From the human T2T-CHM13v2.0 reference genome, Homo sapiens, in assembly GCA_009914755.4 (NCBI GenBank), contig CP068257.2:29856001-29920000 (forward strand): a stretch of DNA of 64,000 nt, read 5' to 3'. The notes beneath the pieces were generated by a model. The model was not told the origin of the DNA, made no database searches, and saw only the letters and a list, made by a program, of their open reading frames with translations. Shown here one piece after another: positions 63,449 to 64,000 of this stretch (the first letter of the stretch is position 1; every line of letters starts with the position of its first letter). The position numbers were made by a program, and so were the translations under genes.

Positions 63449-63733
63449 CCATGGCTCACACCTGTAATCCAGAACTTTGGGAGGCTGAGGCAGGAGGATC
63501 GCTTGAGTCCAGGAGTTCAAGACCAGCCTGAGCACTATGGTAGAACCCCTATCTCTATAGCAAAAAATTAAAAAATTAGCCGGCCATACTGGCATGCACC
63601 TGTAGTCCCAGCTACTCCAAAGGCTGAGGCAGGAGGATCGCTTGAGCCTGGGTGCTTGAGGCTGCAGTGAGCCGTGACTGCACTACAGTCTAGGCAGCAG
63701 AGCGAGACCCTATCTCAAAGAAAAGAAAAAAAG
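63449..63733 (+). mobile_element. Alu SINE (diverged), 5'-truncated, third member of array; post-flank gaaccataag
   Basis: gccatggctcacacctgtaatccagaactttgggaggctgaggcaggaggatcgcttgagtccaggagttcaagaccagcctgagcactatggtagaacc ... gagaccctatctcaaagaaaagaaaaaaa. Confidence 0.85.
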
Positions 63734-64000
63734 AACCATAAGTATAATTATCAAAAAATGTGGAGAATGAAGGAAGTAGGTGAGATGCAATTGCCACTCA
63801 TTATAACAGGAAGCTGAGAATTAAATCATATATTCATACTATTTAGAGATATAAAGATAATCACTAGAAGCACTAAAAACAAAAATGAACAAATGTAATT
63901 GTTTCCAGAGAATATCAGGCTGGATGGGAATAAAACAGGACCGGGGCAGAAGACTGTTACAATACTTTTCAAGAGAAGCGCATCTGTTCTGAGTCTCTTA

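Overview
This window is primate nuclear DNA, most likely human or another hominoid, and is not a prokaryotic or viral locus. About 40% of it is Alu SINEs: roughly 75 copies or fragments in both orientations, several of which have AluY diagnostic positions and intact target-site duplications (TSDs). The rest of the repeat content is older: MIR and L2 fragments, three L1 3'-terminal fragments each split by later Alu insertions, about nine MaLR/ERVL-type solo LTRs (THE1-, MST- and MLT-like), two ancient DNA-transposon fragments, one MADE1 mariner MITE, three (AC)n microsatellites, and three long polypurine tracts that each grew out of an Alu A-tail. I found no convincing protein-coding gene, rRNA, tRNA or CRISPR array. 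The supplied six-frame ORFs are almost all spurious translations of Alu consensus (recurring peptides such as '[15 protein letters not shown]', '[18 protein letters not shown]', '[13 protein letters not shown]') or of GA-rich microsatellites. The window reads as intronic or intergenic, repeat-dense DNA. What is worth a second look is structural: nested and tandem Alu rearrangements, H-DNA-capable polypurine tracts of 190-310 bp, one candidate internal exon (4255-4405, minus strand), a CpG-retaining unique block (55380-56030), and a promoter-like motif cluster (about 21900-21960). I see no novel 'system' in the prokaryotic sense. All coordinates are read by eye and may be off by a few bases. 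Family names for non-Alu repeats come from memory of consensus sequences and should be confirmed with RepeatMasker/Dfam.
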